Shown: positions 18,601-27,395 of the stretch, piece after piece
Layout: each line of letters starts with the position of its first letter
Numbering within the stretch: the stretch's first letter is position 1
Assembly: GCA_964550635.1 (NCBI GenBank)
Contig: CAZJZV010000002.1
Location: 48,502 to 112,501, forward strand
Direction of reading: 5' to 3'
DNA from: an uncultured Bacteroidaceae bacterium
GTDB taxonomy: Bacteria > Bacillota > Clostridia > Christensenellales > CAG-917
DNA length: 64,000 nt
Notes under the pieces: model-generated
What the model saw: only the letters and a program-made list of their open reading frames with translations
Told to the model about the DNA's origin: nothing
Databases searched by the model: none
Translations under genes and position numbers: made by a program

Positions 18601-21600
18601 TCCGACATCAGACGAAACGTCGTGAACTACGGCACGATTGCCGATGCGTTGTGTTACAACTTTTACGTCACTGGTACCGTCTTGACGAACGGCGTCGATA
18701 ACACCGATCCCGACAATCCTATCGTGGGCGTCATTTCGGGCGGTACTTTCGCAATCAACGTTGTCAACAACGGATCCATTACCGGCGGCAAATTCACCAA
18801 AAAAGCAGATAGCGGTCACACTATAGAATCCGAACCCGGTCCTGTCGCTCTCACCAACAACGGCACCATTTCAAACGGCACGTTTGAGTGTAACGTAGTG
18901 AACAAGGGCACGATTTCGGGCGGTACGTTCCAAGAGTACACCGGGTACGACAATGATAGGTTTAGTGCGGCAACCGTGACAAGCCAAGGCACCGACACGG
19001 TTTCGGCAGTCATAAGTGGCGGTACGTTCGACCTACCCTTGGAATGCGAATATACGAATATCTCAAACGGTACGTTCAAAAAATCCGTCAAGGTTTCACA
19101 TAGCACGATTTCGGGCGGTACGTTCGAGGACTACGTCGAAAACACTAATTACAGTGAGATTACGAACGGCACTTTTACAGGCTCGGTCAAAAACATATCT
19201 TCCGCTGAAATTAACGGCGGTACGTTCAATCTGACTTCCTTGCATAACGAAGGATATGGCAATATAAAAGACGGCGCGGTCATCACAATCAGAAGCGGCG
19301 GTACTTTCAAAAACGCGACAATGGGAATGATCTATGGTGGACAATTCACTTTGAACGGTGATTTGGAAAATAATGGAAACATTCACGGCGGCACGTTCAC
19401 CAAAGGAGTGGGCAGTAACGTCACTGTCACCAATGGATCAGGCGGTCAAATCACCGACGGAACAGGCGTAACCACCAACGTTACGTTCTTCACCGTGTCT
19501 AAACTCGTCAATCAGGGAACAATCGGCGGCGGAACTTTCACAGTCGATGATCTTGCCATTTGCTCGGTCGATGAGAGTACCGGCTATATTCACGACTATG
19601 GTAGCATTTACGGTGGCACTTTCACTGTTACGAATGCATTTAAACTCGGCGGTAACATACTCGGAAACGTTAATAACTACATCGTGTTCAATATGTCCGC
19701 AAATGCAGATAACTACGTGAATCTCAAATATTGCAAGTTCTTGAAAGCAGGCACGGCAGAATCCGTCACTCTCATAAACTATGCGCGTTTGGAAGACGTA
19801 ATCGTCGCCGTCAACGTCATCAATACGTTGAAAAATTACGACGCATCCGGACTTAGCTCGGCAAATTCTTATGCAGGCGAAATCAGGAGCGGTACGTATA
19901 GTGGCTCCGTCACGAACGCAAGTAGTGTTGCAATTTTGGGCGGTGAGTTCAGTGGCTCCGTCACGAACAACGGCGCGATCACGGGCGGTACGTTCACCAA
20001 CACTTCCACCGTCGTGAACAACTTAGAGATAAGCGAAGGCACCTTCAACGGCGCACTCGTAAACAACGCCGACGGCAGAATTACGGACGGTACGTTCAAT
20101 CTCACGTCCCTTACCAACAAGGGCACGATTTCATCTAACACTTTCACAATCTCCGGGGCTCTCACGAATAGCGGTACGATTTCGGGTGGCACGTTCACCG
20201 CGGCAACCCTTCAAAATTATACGGAATCGGAGAGCGGCGTGACAACAAACGGCACCATTTCGGACGGTGAGTTCACCATTAGCGGTGCCGTCACTCTCAA
20301 GGGCAACGTCGCAAACGTAACCTTTACCTCGGGCGGAACCCTCACCAACTTCGCACAAATCGAAAACAGCGCTTTCGGCGCAACCACCGGCAGTAACGTT
20401 CTTTTCAAAAACTACGGAACAATCAAGAGCGGTACGTTCAAGTGCAACGTGCTCAACACAACTTCCGGTGCCGGCGAAAGCGTCATTCGTGGAAAAATCG
20501 AAGACGGCGTTTTCTACGGCACATTCGAAAACGCACTTTCCGCACAGATTGAAGGCGGCTATTTCATGGGCGCAGTCACGAATAGCGGTGAGATCAGCGG
20601 CGGTACGTTTGTGACCGCAGTCACGAATAACGGTACGATTAACGGCGGTAAGTTCGAGGGCACAAGCGTGGTCGAAAACAACGGCACGATTGCGAGTGTC
20701 ACTGTTGAAGGCACGACGCGCCAAGCCACTTTCAGCGGTGTGGTTTCCAACAACGCGAACGCTACGATTTCGGGCGGAACTTTCAACGGCGGTATTTCCA
20801 ATAGCGGCAATATTAGCGGTGGCACTTTCGCAGAAGGTTTCACCAACAGCGGTACGATTTCGGGCGGTACGTTCAAAGCCACTGCGACAATCATCAACCG
20901 CAGTACAATAAACGGCGGTACGTTCGGCGGTGCGGTCAACAACGAATTGTCGATCACGAACGGCACGTTCAACGGCGCCGTCGCCAACAACGTCGGTGCT
21001 ACCATTTCGGGCGGTACGTTCAGTATAACGTCCTCCGTCGCCAACAACGGCACGATTTCGAACGGCGATTTTGGCGGTGTGGTCAACAACGAAAACACCG
21101 TTTCTGGCGGTACGTTCAGAGGCACCGTAGTCAATAACAAAGTGATCAACGGCGGTATTTTCACGGGCACCGTCAACAACGAAAAAGCAACTAACGACGA
21201 TCCCGCCGTCATCAAAAACGGTGAGAATACGGCTGTTATTTTCAGTGAGTCGTCAGTCGTCAACAACAATAACGGCAGTATCGTAAGCGGCACGTTCGAA
21301 GGTGCGGTCACCAACAGTTGTTCAATCAGTGGCGGCACGTTTGGCGGCGCTGTCACCAACAACGCAAACGCCATGATTACGGGCGGTACGTTTAGCATTG
21401 AAAATCCCCTTACAAACCATGGAATTTTGACGGGAGTTACCGTTCAAGTGTCTCACGCGGCATTAGGCGCCGTTTACGTAGCAAACTACGGCAGAATTTC
21501 GGGCGGTACTTACTCGATCGAGGTCAAAAACTACGACGAAATCAACGGCGGTACGTTTGGCGGAAGGGTCTCGAATATCGCGACCGCGAGTGAGTCATCC

Positions 21601-24600
21601 GAAGAATACGGCATAATCTTGGAAGGTACGTTCAACGGCGCAGTCACCAACGACGGCATCATCGGCACCATCGATACCACCGACCCCGAGGCTATGAACG
21701 AAAGAATCGTATTCAACGGCACCGTCACCAACAACCACATAGTCTACTGCGGAACCTTCAAAGACGCCGTCACCAACAACAATTTGCTCTCCGGCGGTGT
21801 GTTCACGGAAACTTCCACCATCACCAACGCAACGACTTCTGCGGAAATCGATGGCGGTCAATTCAAAGGAGCGGTCTCTAACAAAGGTGAAATTTCCGCT
21901 GCTTTGTTCTATGGAACGATCACGAACGACGGCACTATTTCAGAAGGAACTTTCGAAAACGCGGTCACGAACAACGGTACGATTAGCGGCGGTAGGTTCA
22001 ACATAGATAGCGCAGTCATAAACTACGGAGAAATCAACGGTCGATTGGCACGTTTCATTGATACGGTCGAGAACAAAAACGTCGGTACGATTACAGCGGG
22101 CATTTTCAACTACGTCGTCACCAATTACGGTGTAATAAACGGAGCTAATGCGACATTCAACTATGCGGTCGTCAACAACGGAACAATAAGCAACGGCGAT
22201 TTCTGGTTTTCGGTTGTCAACAATAGCGGTGCAACCATTTCGGGCGGTACCTTCAACATATACGTAAACCCCTTGCAAAATAGTGGTACGATAAACGGCG
22301 GTACTTTCGAGGGCGCAGTCACCAACAACGCAAACGGCACGATTTCGGGCGGTACGTTCGAGGGCGCAGTCACCAACAACGGTATTATCACCAGCGATAC
22401 CATTAGTGCAATTTCCACCTATCCCAAATTCACCGCGGCGGTCACCAACTACGGCAAGATTACTTCGATCTCCGCGAGCGACGCTTTCAGCGGTGCGAAT
22501 TGCTCTCTCACAAACTACGGCTCTCTCGGAAAATACGTGGATGATTCTTCTTCGATCGGTCTCGGCGGCGGTAGCGTCACCTTCAATTGCCCGGTCACTT
22601 TCGAGAGTAGCGATTCCGTCACGGCTCTTGCAATCGGTTGTACGTTCAAGGGTAGCGTGAGCGTCAAAGTCGCAGAATCAATTGGATTTGATAACGTCTT
22701 TGATGCCACTGTCACCGCAGTCGGTTTCGACAATCTCGGCGCGGTGCTAAATAACAGTGCGTTCGTCAGAGATACGTCTTCGTCTACCGAGTTCGTCAGT
22801 CCCTACGCGGTCACGTCTTTGACCACAGTCAGAACGATCAGTCACACGCACACCTACGGCGATAGCACCACCGGGCTCTGCGAATGCGGTAAAGAATGCA
22901 ATCACGAAAGCGCAAACGAAAGCGGTATCTGCGCGACCTGCGGTTGCCAACTCCAAGCAAAAATCCAAAATACTTCGGGCGGAAGCAAAAACTACATGCG
23001 TTTGAAAGATGCGGTTGAGGCTCTCGTCGACAACGACGTACTCACCGTGTATTGCGACGTCACCTACGATGCGGATATAACCATCAACGCATCCTGCACA
23101 ATCAACTTGGTCGGGAAAAAGTTGATCGGCGACGATATTCCGTCTAAATTTGTAGTCATCGATCCCGTATATGCAAAACTCATAATCGCAAGCGGGAAGA
23201 CCGTCGTTATCAGCGGCACTTCCGCAAGCAAGGGCGAACTCAATTCGTCTATCACCGTTCAAAGCGGCGCAACTCTAATCTTGAACGAAATCAAGATGAC
23301 TCCCGACAATAGTTCGTTGTTAAGTGGTGATGAAGATAGATACGTCATCGAAAACCACGGCACGATCGACGTCGCGGAAGGTCAAGCGGTGACTTCATCC
23401 GCGTTGAAAGGCAAACTCGTCAACTACGGCACTATCAAGGGCGGTGAATTCTCCGCAGTCAACGCGAATAACGGTTCGGTCAACTACGGCACGATCGTGG
23501 ATGCGTTCGTGAGCGTTGCCTTCACCAACTACGGCACGATTAGCGGCGGCGCATACTCCGGAAACGTCAACAACTCTTCAACCGTCGTCGAAGAAGTCGC
23601 GATGAACGGCTCGATCACTCGAGGCAATTTCAACTGCACAGTCAACAACAACGCAAACTGCGTGATTTCGGGCGGTACGTTCAACGTTCGGTCTATCGTC
23701 AACAACATCGGTACGATTTCGGGCGGTACGTTCAACGGCACAGTCAACAACAACGGATTGACGAGCGGTGAAACCACAATTCCCGCAATCATCGACAAGA
23801 ACGAAAGCGGTGTGAAACCCGTGTTCAGCGACGTTTCCATCGTCAATAACTACGGTACGATCAAAGACGGCAAATTTTTCGGGGAAGTCAAGAACTATTC
23901 TTCGATCGAAAACGGCACTTTCACAGGAAAACTCGTCAACAACGCAAACGGCACGATTTCGGACGGTACGTTCGATCTCGCATCGGGATGTGATAACTAC
24001 GGAACTATCTCAGACGGCACGTTCAACCTTGAGAATAATCTCGTGAACTTCGGCACGATAACTAGCGGTACGTTTGCTCTTGCAAGCACTGCGAACGACA
24101 ACGTCATCATTGAAAACTTCGGTGTTATTGGCGGCGGCACGTACACTGTCAGAATAGTCAACAGCGCAAGCTACGACGACGTCGAAGAAGAGTGGACCGT
24201 CGGTGAAATCAAGGGCGGTACGTTCAGTAAATTGACTGAAAACTGCGGCGCTATCATCAGTGGCGGTACGTTCAGTGCAATCGTCAGCAACACTTGCGAA
24301 AACGTCGCGGGCGAAATCAAGAAGGGTATCATCAAAGGCGGTACGTTCAACGCGGTTAGCAACTCAGCTATCATTAGCAAAGTGGATAGCAGATTCCAAC
24401 CCACTTTCAACGGACAAGTCGACAACGCTGACACCATCGAGGGCGGTATCTTCAATCAGATCGTCTACAACGTGTCGAACGGCGTGATTAGCGACGGACA
24501 ATTCAGATTTGTTAGCGAAGAAGACGATGCAGTCGTGAACTACGGCATCATCAACGGCGGTGTGTTCATCGGCTCTGTCAAAAACTACGGCACTATCGAT

Positions 24601-26637
24601 AACGTTGCAGGTCGCCCCGTCTTCAACGGTCTTGTAACAAACGGCAATATCATCAAAGACGGCGTGTTCAACGGAGCAGTCGAAAACGCGCAAACCGCAT
24701 CCGGTTATAGCAAAATCGAAGGCGGCGTCTTCAACGGTCTCGTCACCAACAACGGCGAAATCTACAACGGCAGTTTCAGCAGCGTAGAAAACAAAGGTTA
24801 TATCTTCGGCGGTACGTTTAGCGGCACCGTCAACAACGAACGCAAAGTCCAATTCGTGAAGAACGACTTGCTCTTCAAAGGCGCGTTCAACAACCTGCCC
24901 ACAGGCTCGATCCAAGACGTCAAGGGCGAAAACGTGTTCACAAACTCGGTGACCAGTAGCGGTTCGATCAGAGATTGCGTATTCTACGTGCCCGTCGTCA
25001 TCAACGGAACGTCTACGGACGTAGTCACGTCAATCGAAAACACCACCTTCAAGAATATCGTAAGCATTGACGCAGTCGGCGTGATCGGCATCGGCACGAA
25101 GTTCGACAACGCAGTGTCTATCGCGACGGATAGCGAATATGCGACTAGCCTTAAAGATACTCTTTACGGTTCAATAGCATTCTTCAAGCTCGTGGACGAA
25201 AACGAAGTCTTGCAAAACGCGGACGTCAAGTCCCTTGCCGAAGTATTCGTCAAACGTCACGCACATAGCGTGTCCGCGGAGACAGGTTATTGCTCTTGCG
25301 GTTACGAATGCGCGCACGAAAACCATTCCGAAGCGGGTGTTTGCGACGATTGCGGATATCAACTTCAAGTCAAAATCACGGGCGAAAGAGGTGAGAAGTA
25401 CGTCAAAGACTTCGCAACCGCGGTGAGTATCTCCGAAATCAACGACGTTTTGACTCTGCTTTGCGACGTGACTATCGCCAAAGACGTCAAATTGGATCAT
25501 TTCGCGGTTATCGAACTCAACGGCAAGTCCATCGGTGGCAACGGCAGAATAATCACCGAAGGAGCGGATAGCGTCGTCGTCATCTTTAGCAATAGCGGTA
25601 CGAGCGGCAAAGTCAACGTAACCGTCAAAGTCGGCGCACAAGTCATCATCGGTAGCGGTGCGTATGCAAACTTCGAGGCAACGAGCGGCAGACTCGCCGT
25701 AAGCGGCGGCACGTACGACAATATCAAAGTCAACGGCGCAACGTTTGAAATCAGTGGCGGTACCGTCGGCACTCTCAGTGTTTGGAACGAAAATGCGAAC
25801 GACGTTTATATCTCGGGCGGTACGTTCACGTCAATCGAACTCTACGGCAACTTGAGTTATTCGGACGTCTTGGCGAATGAATATGCGTACAAACTCTCAT
25901 CCGACGGCACGTTCATCAAACTTGCGGATATGAATTCCGTGACTTCGGTCACCGTGTCCGCTTGCACTGAACACGCTTGGATGAACGGCGTTTGCGACTA
26001 CTGCGGAAAGGTCTGCGACCATATCGGCGGAACCGCAACTTGCACGGATAAAGCAACTTGCACGAATTGCGGTCACGAATACGGCGAAATCAACGCGCAT
26101 AACCATAGCGCACTCACCGAAGTCAAAGCGGTTGCCGCAACCGTGATTTCGATGGGTAATATCGCATACTATCACTGCTCGGCATGCGATAAGTATTACA
26201 CCGACGTGCTTGCGCTCCACGAAATCACCTTTGCCGAAACCATAGTCCAAAAACTCGCTCCGTCTATCATCGAAGGCAACGACGGCTTGTTCGTGAAGAA
26301 TAGCGAAAACGGCTTGACCTTCAAATCAAACGCACTCAAAGAAGATTTCATCGGTGTGTTTGTGGACGGAGAAAAAGTCGCACAAGACAACTATACGTTT
26401 GCGGAAGACGGCACCGAAATCACTCTCGGCGCAGAATATCTCGGCAACCTTGCAAGCGGTGCACATACTCTTGAAATCCGCTCGATAGGCGGTGGCGCAG
26501 TTAGCGCATTCACCATTCAAGACGCACCGAGTGAAGGACTTTCGGGCGGAGCATGGGCAGGCATCGGAATTGCAATCGCAGTGGCGGTGATAGGACTCAT
26601 GTTCGGTTTGATGTACGCATTCAAAAGACGTGCATAA
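15601..26637 (+). CDS. Giant (3,678 aa) secreted, C-terminally membrane-anchored beta-helix-repeat surface protein (Pmp/adhesin-like)
   Basis: GGAGG RBS. Signal peptide ending AVAYA|EG. About 41 exact GGTF plus many G-x-F variants at roughly 18-20-aa spacing. Three Cys/His knuckle motifs and a C-terminal Cys cluster. Terminal hydrophobic helix followed by KRRA. Confidence 0.9.
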   Translation: MAKMKNAPIVALAIAMMILLCAVVLIGDGNVAVAYAEGASTNEAQITTSAGVTTEYATLAEAVSALQNNDTLTLLGNATLESDVTINKTITFDLGTFYLGGTSKLIIGNMGVVKLNNGTVSCPVKVNGGLNGNAAYGNDVEDYGSISGGTFNGTVKVYQFGETDSNAISLLGGTYLGTVNNYGMIGHPNHKNLTLELAGTVNNYASILLGTFSGIVNNSAFISGGEFTAISTVNNQRLAESNNTNICIYGGTFKGAVNNTATTVDGNTITPKIKEYTYSPDVVPVFTETSTVTNNSIIENGDFSGSVANSNTISGGTFKGAVTNNSGATISGGTFQSTVTNSGTIGGGTSTNAATITNNSDGTISSGTFSGTVANSGTISGGTFNVSSLQNNGGTISAGTFTVGTSFVNDGGNISGGDFTLNCNLENKNGDGNNNKGIFGGTFAESTDTQKTLVNYPNGVIRGGEFTFTKFENNTFASNGTFEEYGFIYGGTFNVGGEFAIILGGTISTGESDYIVFNLRGNAENYASLKKCRFISSSSVTLTNYGAIENVTVSVEVDNDCTTITSHNYSGNLKSGTFNKEVVNKNSATISGGTFSEKVTNNGTISGGTFSGEVINNSGATISGGTCETTSSVTNNGTVSGGTFKGVFVNDGTVSGTTVSFSGGSAEVINNSIMRISNNMAFYECKSVVNYGTLDKSSDGSAFCTFAKCPLTIDLKTGVTPMVSNCWIYIGASVIIKTPNCIGAGNQFDNLVKVEGLDNLGQALNDSAFVNSSDEYLNPYTVTSFASNAKTVAHTHVIDSSTGLCECHYECPHSPNEGGLCSECGYQYTAMVDKGESVKYFKDLQSAFDFVNSSDDVVTLFKSSFAEDVTISHSCTIKFYNSEFNSQPKSTEENAQYASITIAEGVVVSAKATHSNAQINANMTINGTIRNASAGDRILFNIASDVAYSITIGESGTLHTNPTSYVYNATNYGTLAGGCLVNVTNYGTIDSFVLDGVTYRSDIRRNVVNYGTIADALCYNFYVTGTVLTNGVDNTDPDNPIVGVISGGTFAINVVNNGSITGGKFTKKADSGHTIESEPGPVALTNNGTISNGTFECNVVNKGTISGGTFQEYTGYDNDRFSAATVTSQGTDTVSAVISGGTFDLPLECEYTNISNGTFKKSVKVSHSTISGGTFEDYVENTNYSEITNGTFTGSVKNISSAEINGGTFNLTSLHNEGYGNIKDGAVITIRSGGTFKNATMGMIYGGQFTLNGDLENNGNIHGGTFTKGVGSNVTVTNGSGGQITDGTGVTTNVTFFTVSKLVNQGTIGGGTFTVDDLAICSVDESTGYIHDYGSIYGGTFTVTNAFKLGGNILGNVNNYIVFNMSANADNYVNLKYCKFLKAGTAESVTLINYARLEDVIVAVNVINTLKNYDASGLSSANSYAGEIRSGTYSGSVTNASSVAILGGEFSGSVTNNGAITGGTFTNTSTVVNNLEISEGTFNGALVNNADGRITDGTFNLTSLTNKGTISSNTFTISGALTNSGTISGGTFTAATLQNYTESESGVTTNGTISDGEFTISGAVTLKGNVANVTFTSGGTLTNFAQIENSAFGATTGSNVLFKNYGTIKSGTFKCNVLNTTSGAGESVIRGKIEDGVFYGTFENALSAQIEGGYFMGAVTNSGEISGGTFVTAVTNNGTINGGKFEGTSVVENNGTIASVTVEGTTRQATFSGVVSNNANATISGGTFNGGISNSGNISGGTFAEGFTNSGTISGGTFKATATIINRSTINGGTFGGAVNNELSITNGTFNGAVANNVGATISGGTFSITSSVANNGTISNGDFGGVVNNENTVSGGTFRGTVVNNKVINGGIFTGTVNNEKATNDDPAVIKNGENTAVIFSESSVVNNNNGSIVSGTFEGAVTNSCSISGGTFGGAVTNNANAMITGGTFSIENPLTNHGILTGVTVQVSHAALGAVYVANYGRISGGTYSIEVKNYDEINGGTFGGRVSNIATASESSEEYGIILEGTFNGAVTNDGIIGTIDTTDPEAMNERIVFNGTVTNNHIVYCGTFKDAVTNNNLLSGGVFTETSTITNATTSAEIDGGQFKGAVSNKGEISAALFYGTITNDGTISEGTFENAVTNNGTISGGRFNIDSAVINYGEINGRLARFIDTVENKNVGTITAGIFNYVVTNYGVINGANATFNYAVVNNGTISNGDFWFSVVNNSGATISGGTFNIYVNPLQNSGTINGGTFEGAVTNNANGTISGGTFEGAVTNNGIITSDTISAISTYPKFTAAVTNYGKITSISASDAFSGANCSLTNYGSLGKYVDDSSSIGLGGGSVTFNCPVTFESSDSVTALAIGCTFKGSVSVKVAESIGFDNVFDATVTAVGFDNLGAVLNNSAFVRDTSSSTEFVSPYAVTSLTTVRTISHTHTYGDSTTGLCECGKECNHESANESGICATCGCQLQAKIQNTSGGSKNYMRLKDAVEALVDNDVLTVYCDVTYDADITINASCTINLVGKKLIGDDIPSKFVVIDPVYAKLIIASGKTVVISGTSASKGELNSSITVQSGATLILNEIKMTPDNSSLLSGDEDRYVIENHGTIDVAEGQAVTSSALKGKLVNYGTIKGGEFSAVNANNGSVNYGTIVDAFVSVAFTNYGTISGGAYSGNVNNSSTVVEEVAMNGSITRGNFNCTVNNNANCVISGGTFNVRSIVNNIGTISGGTFNGTVNNNGLTSGETTIPAIIDKNESGVKPVFSDVSIVNNYGTIKDGKFFGEVKNYSSIENGTFTGKLVNNANGTISDGTFDLASGCDNYGTISDGTFNLENNLVNFGTITSGTFALASTANDNVIIENFGVIGGGTYTVRIVNSASYDDVEEEWTVGEIKGGTFSKLTENCGAIISGGTFSAIVSNTCENVAGEIKKGIIKGGTFNAVSNSAIISKVDSRFQPTFNGQVDNADTIEGGIFNQIVYNVSNGVISDGQFRFVSEEDDAVVNYGIINGGVFIGSVKNYGTIDNVAGRPVFNGLVTNGNIIKDGVFNGAVENAQTASGYSKIEGGVFNGLVTNNGEIYNGSFSSVENKGYIFGGTFSGTVNNERKVQFVKNDLLFKGAFNNLPTGSIQDVKGENVFTNSVTSSGSIRDCVFYVPVVINGTSTDVVTSIENTTFKNIVSIDAVGVIGIGTKFDNAVSIATDSEYATSLKDTLYGSIAFFKLVDENEVLQNADVKSLAEVFVKRHAHSVSAETGYCSCGYECAHENHSEAGVCDDCGYQLQVKITGERGEKYVKDFATAVSISEINDVLTLLCDVTIAKDVKLDHFAVIELNGKSIGGNGRIITEGADSVVVIFSNSGTSGKVNVTVKVGAQVIIGSGAYANFEATSGRLAVSGGTYDNIKVNGATFEISGGTVGTLSVWNENANDVYISGGTFTSIELYGNLSYSDVLANEYAYKLSSDGTFIKLADMNSVTSVTVSACTEHAWMNGVCDYCGKVCDHIGGTATCTDKATCTNCGHEYGEINAHNHSALTEVKAVAATVISMGNIAYYHCSACDKYYTDVLALHEITFAETIVQKLAPSIIEGNDGLFVKNSENGLTFKSNALKEDFIGVFVDGEKVAQDNYTFAEDGTEITLGAEYLGNLASGAHTLEIRSIGGGAVSAFTIQDAPSEGLSGGAWAGIGIAIAVAVIGLMFGLMYAFKRRA

Positions 26638-26653
26638 CCTGCGTTAACACAAC

Positions 26654-26686
26654 AAAAAAACGAGGCACTTTGCCTCGTTTTTTTTT
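26654..26686. terminator. Bidirectional terminator between the giant gene and rubrerythrin
   Basis: AAAAAAACGAGGCA-cttt-GCCTCGTTTTTTTTT. Confidence 0.85.
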
Positions 26687-26710
26687 GTTTCATAAGCACT
26701 GCGCTATGAG

Positions 26711-26764
26711 AGAAGTGATATTGCTATGCAGTGATATTTCTTCTGTCGGAGAAGTGATATTGCT
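26711..26764 (+). repeat. Two direct copies of AGAAGTGATATTGCT (dispersed GTGATATTGCT word family)
   Basis: Identical 15-mers at 26711-26725 and 26750-26764, with a third GTGATATT at 26731. The same word occurs at 32880 (+) and 34864-34877 (-). Confidence 0.9.
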
Positions 26765-26785
26765 TTCGCAGTTTTCAGTGCGGCA

Positions 26786-27325
26786 TCAATAATTCTCTTC
26801 GCGAATTTCAAAGTACGCTTGCGGGTGTGCGCAGACAGGGCAGATTTCGGGAGCGGAAGTGCCGACGACGATATGTCCGCAGTTTCGGCATTCCCAAACT
26901 TTGACTTCGCTCTTTGCGAAAACTTCTTGTGTTTCGACGTTGTTGAGAAGTGCGCGATAGCGTTCTTCGTGCGCCTTTTCAATTGCGCCTACCATACGGA
27001 ATTTTTTTGCAAGTTCAGGGAATCCTTCATCTTCCGCGGTCTTTGCAAAACCTTCGTACATATCCGTCCATTCGTAGTTTTCACCGTCTGCGGCGGCAGA
27101 AAGGTTTTCGGCGGTAGAGCCTATGCCGTTGAGTTCTTTGAACCACATTTTTGCGTGTTCTTTTTCGTTGTCCGCGGTTTTAAGGAAGAGAGCAGATATT
27201 TGTTCAAAACCGTCTTTCTTCGCCTTTGATGCAAAATACGTATACTTATTTCTTGCTTGGGACTCGCCTGCAAACGCTTCCATAAGATTTTTTTCGGTTT
27301 GGGTGCCTTGGTATTTGTTAGCCAT
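26786..27325 (-). CDS. rbr: Rubrerythrin
   Basis: Ferritin-like diiron domain plus C-terminal rubredoxin-like CRNCGH...CPVCAH. Confidence 0.9.
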   Translation of the reverse strand: MANKYQGTQTEKNLMEAFAGESQARNKYTYFASKAKKDGFEQISALFLKTADNEKEHAKMWFKELNGIGSTAENLSAAADGENYEWTDMYEGFAKTAEDEGFPELAKKFRMVGAIEKAHEERYRALLNNVETQEVFAKSEVKVWECRNCGHIVVGTSAPEICPVCAHPQAYFEIREENY

Positions 27326-27359
27326 AGTATCTCCTTTGTGTGTTGCTTTTGTATAGTCA

Positions 27360-27388
27360 ATTATACGCTATAAGTCTTGCAATTTCAA
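27360..27388 (-). promoter_or_regulatory. Promoter of rbr
   Basis: On the minus strand: TTGAAA, 17 nt, TATAAT. Confidence 0.55.
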
Positions 27389-27395
27389 GAGCGCG

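Noticed and set aside
10159-26700. A genomic island integrated at tRNA-Ser and carrying the ATPase, TetR and giant gene.
   Set aside because: No integrase, excisionase or mobility gene is present. No distal direct repeat of the tRNA 3' end was found near 26.7 kb. The pseudo tRNA ends are confined to the 180-bp tandem units.
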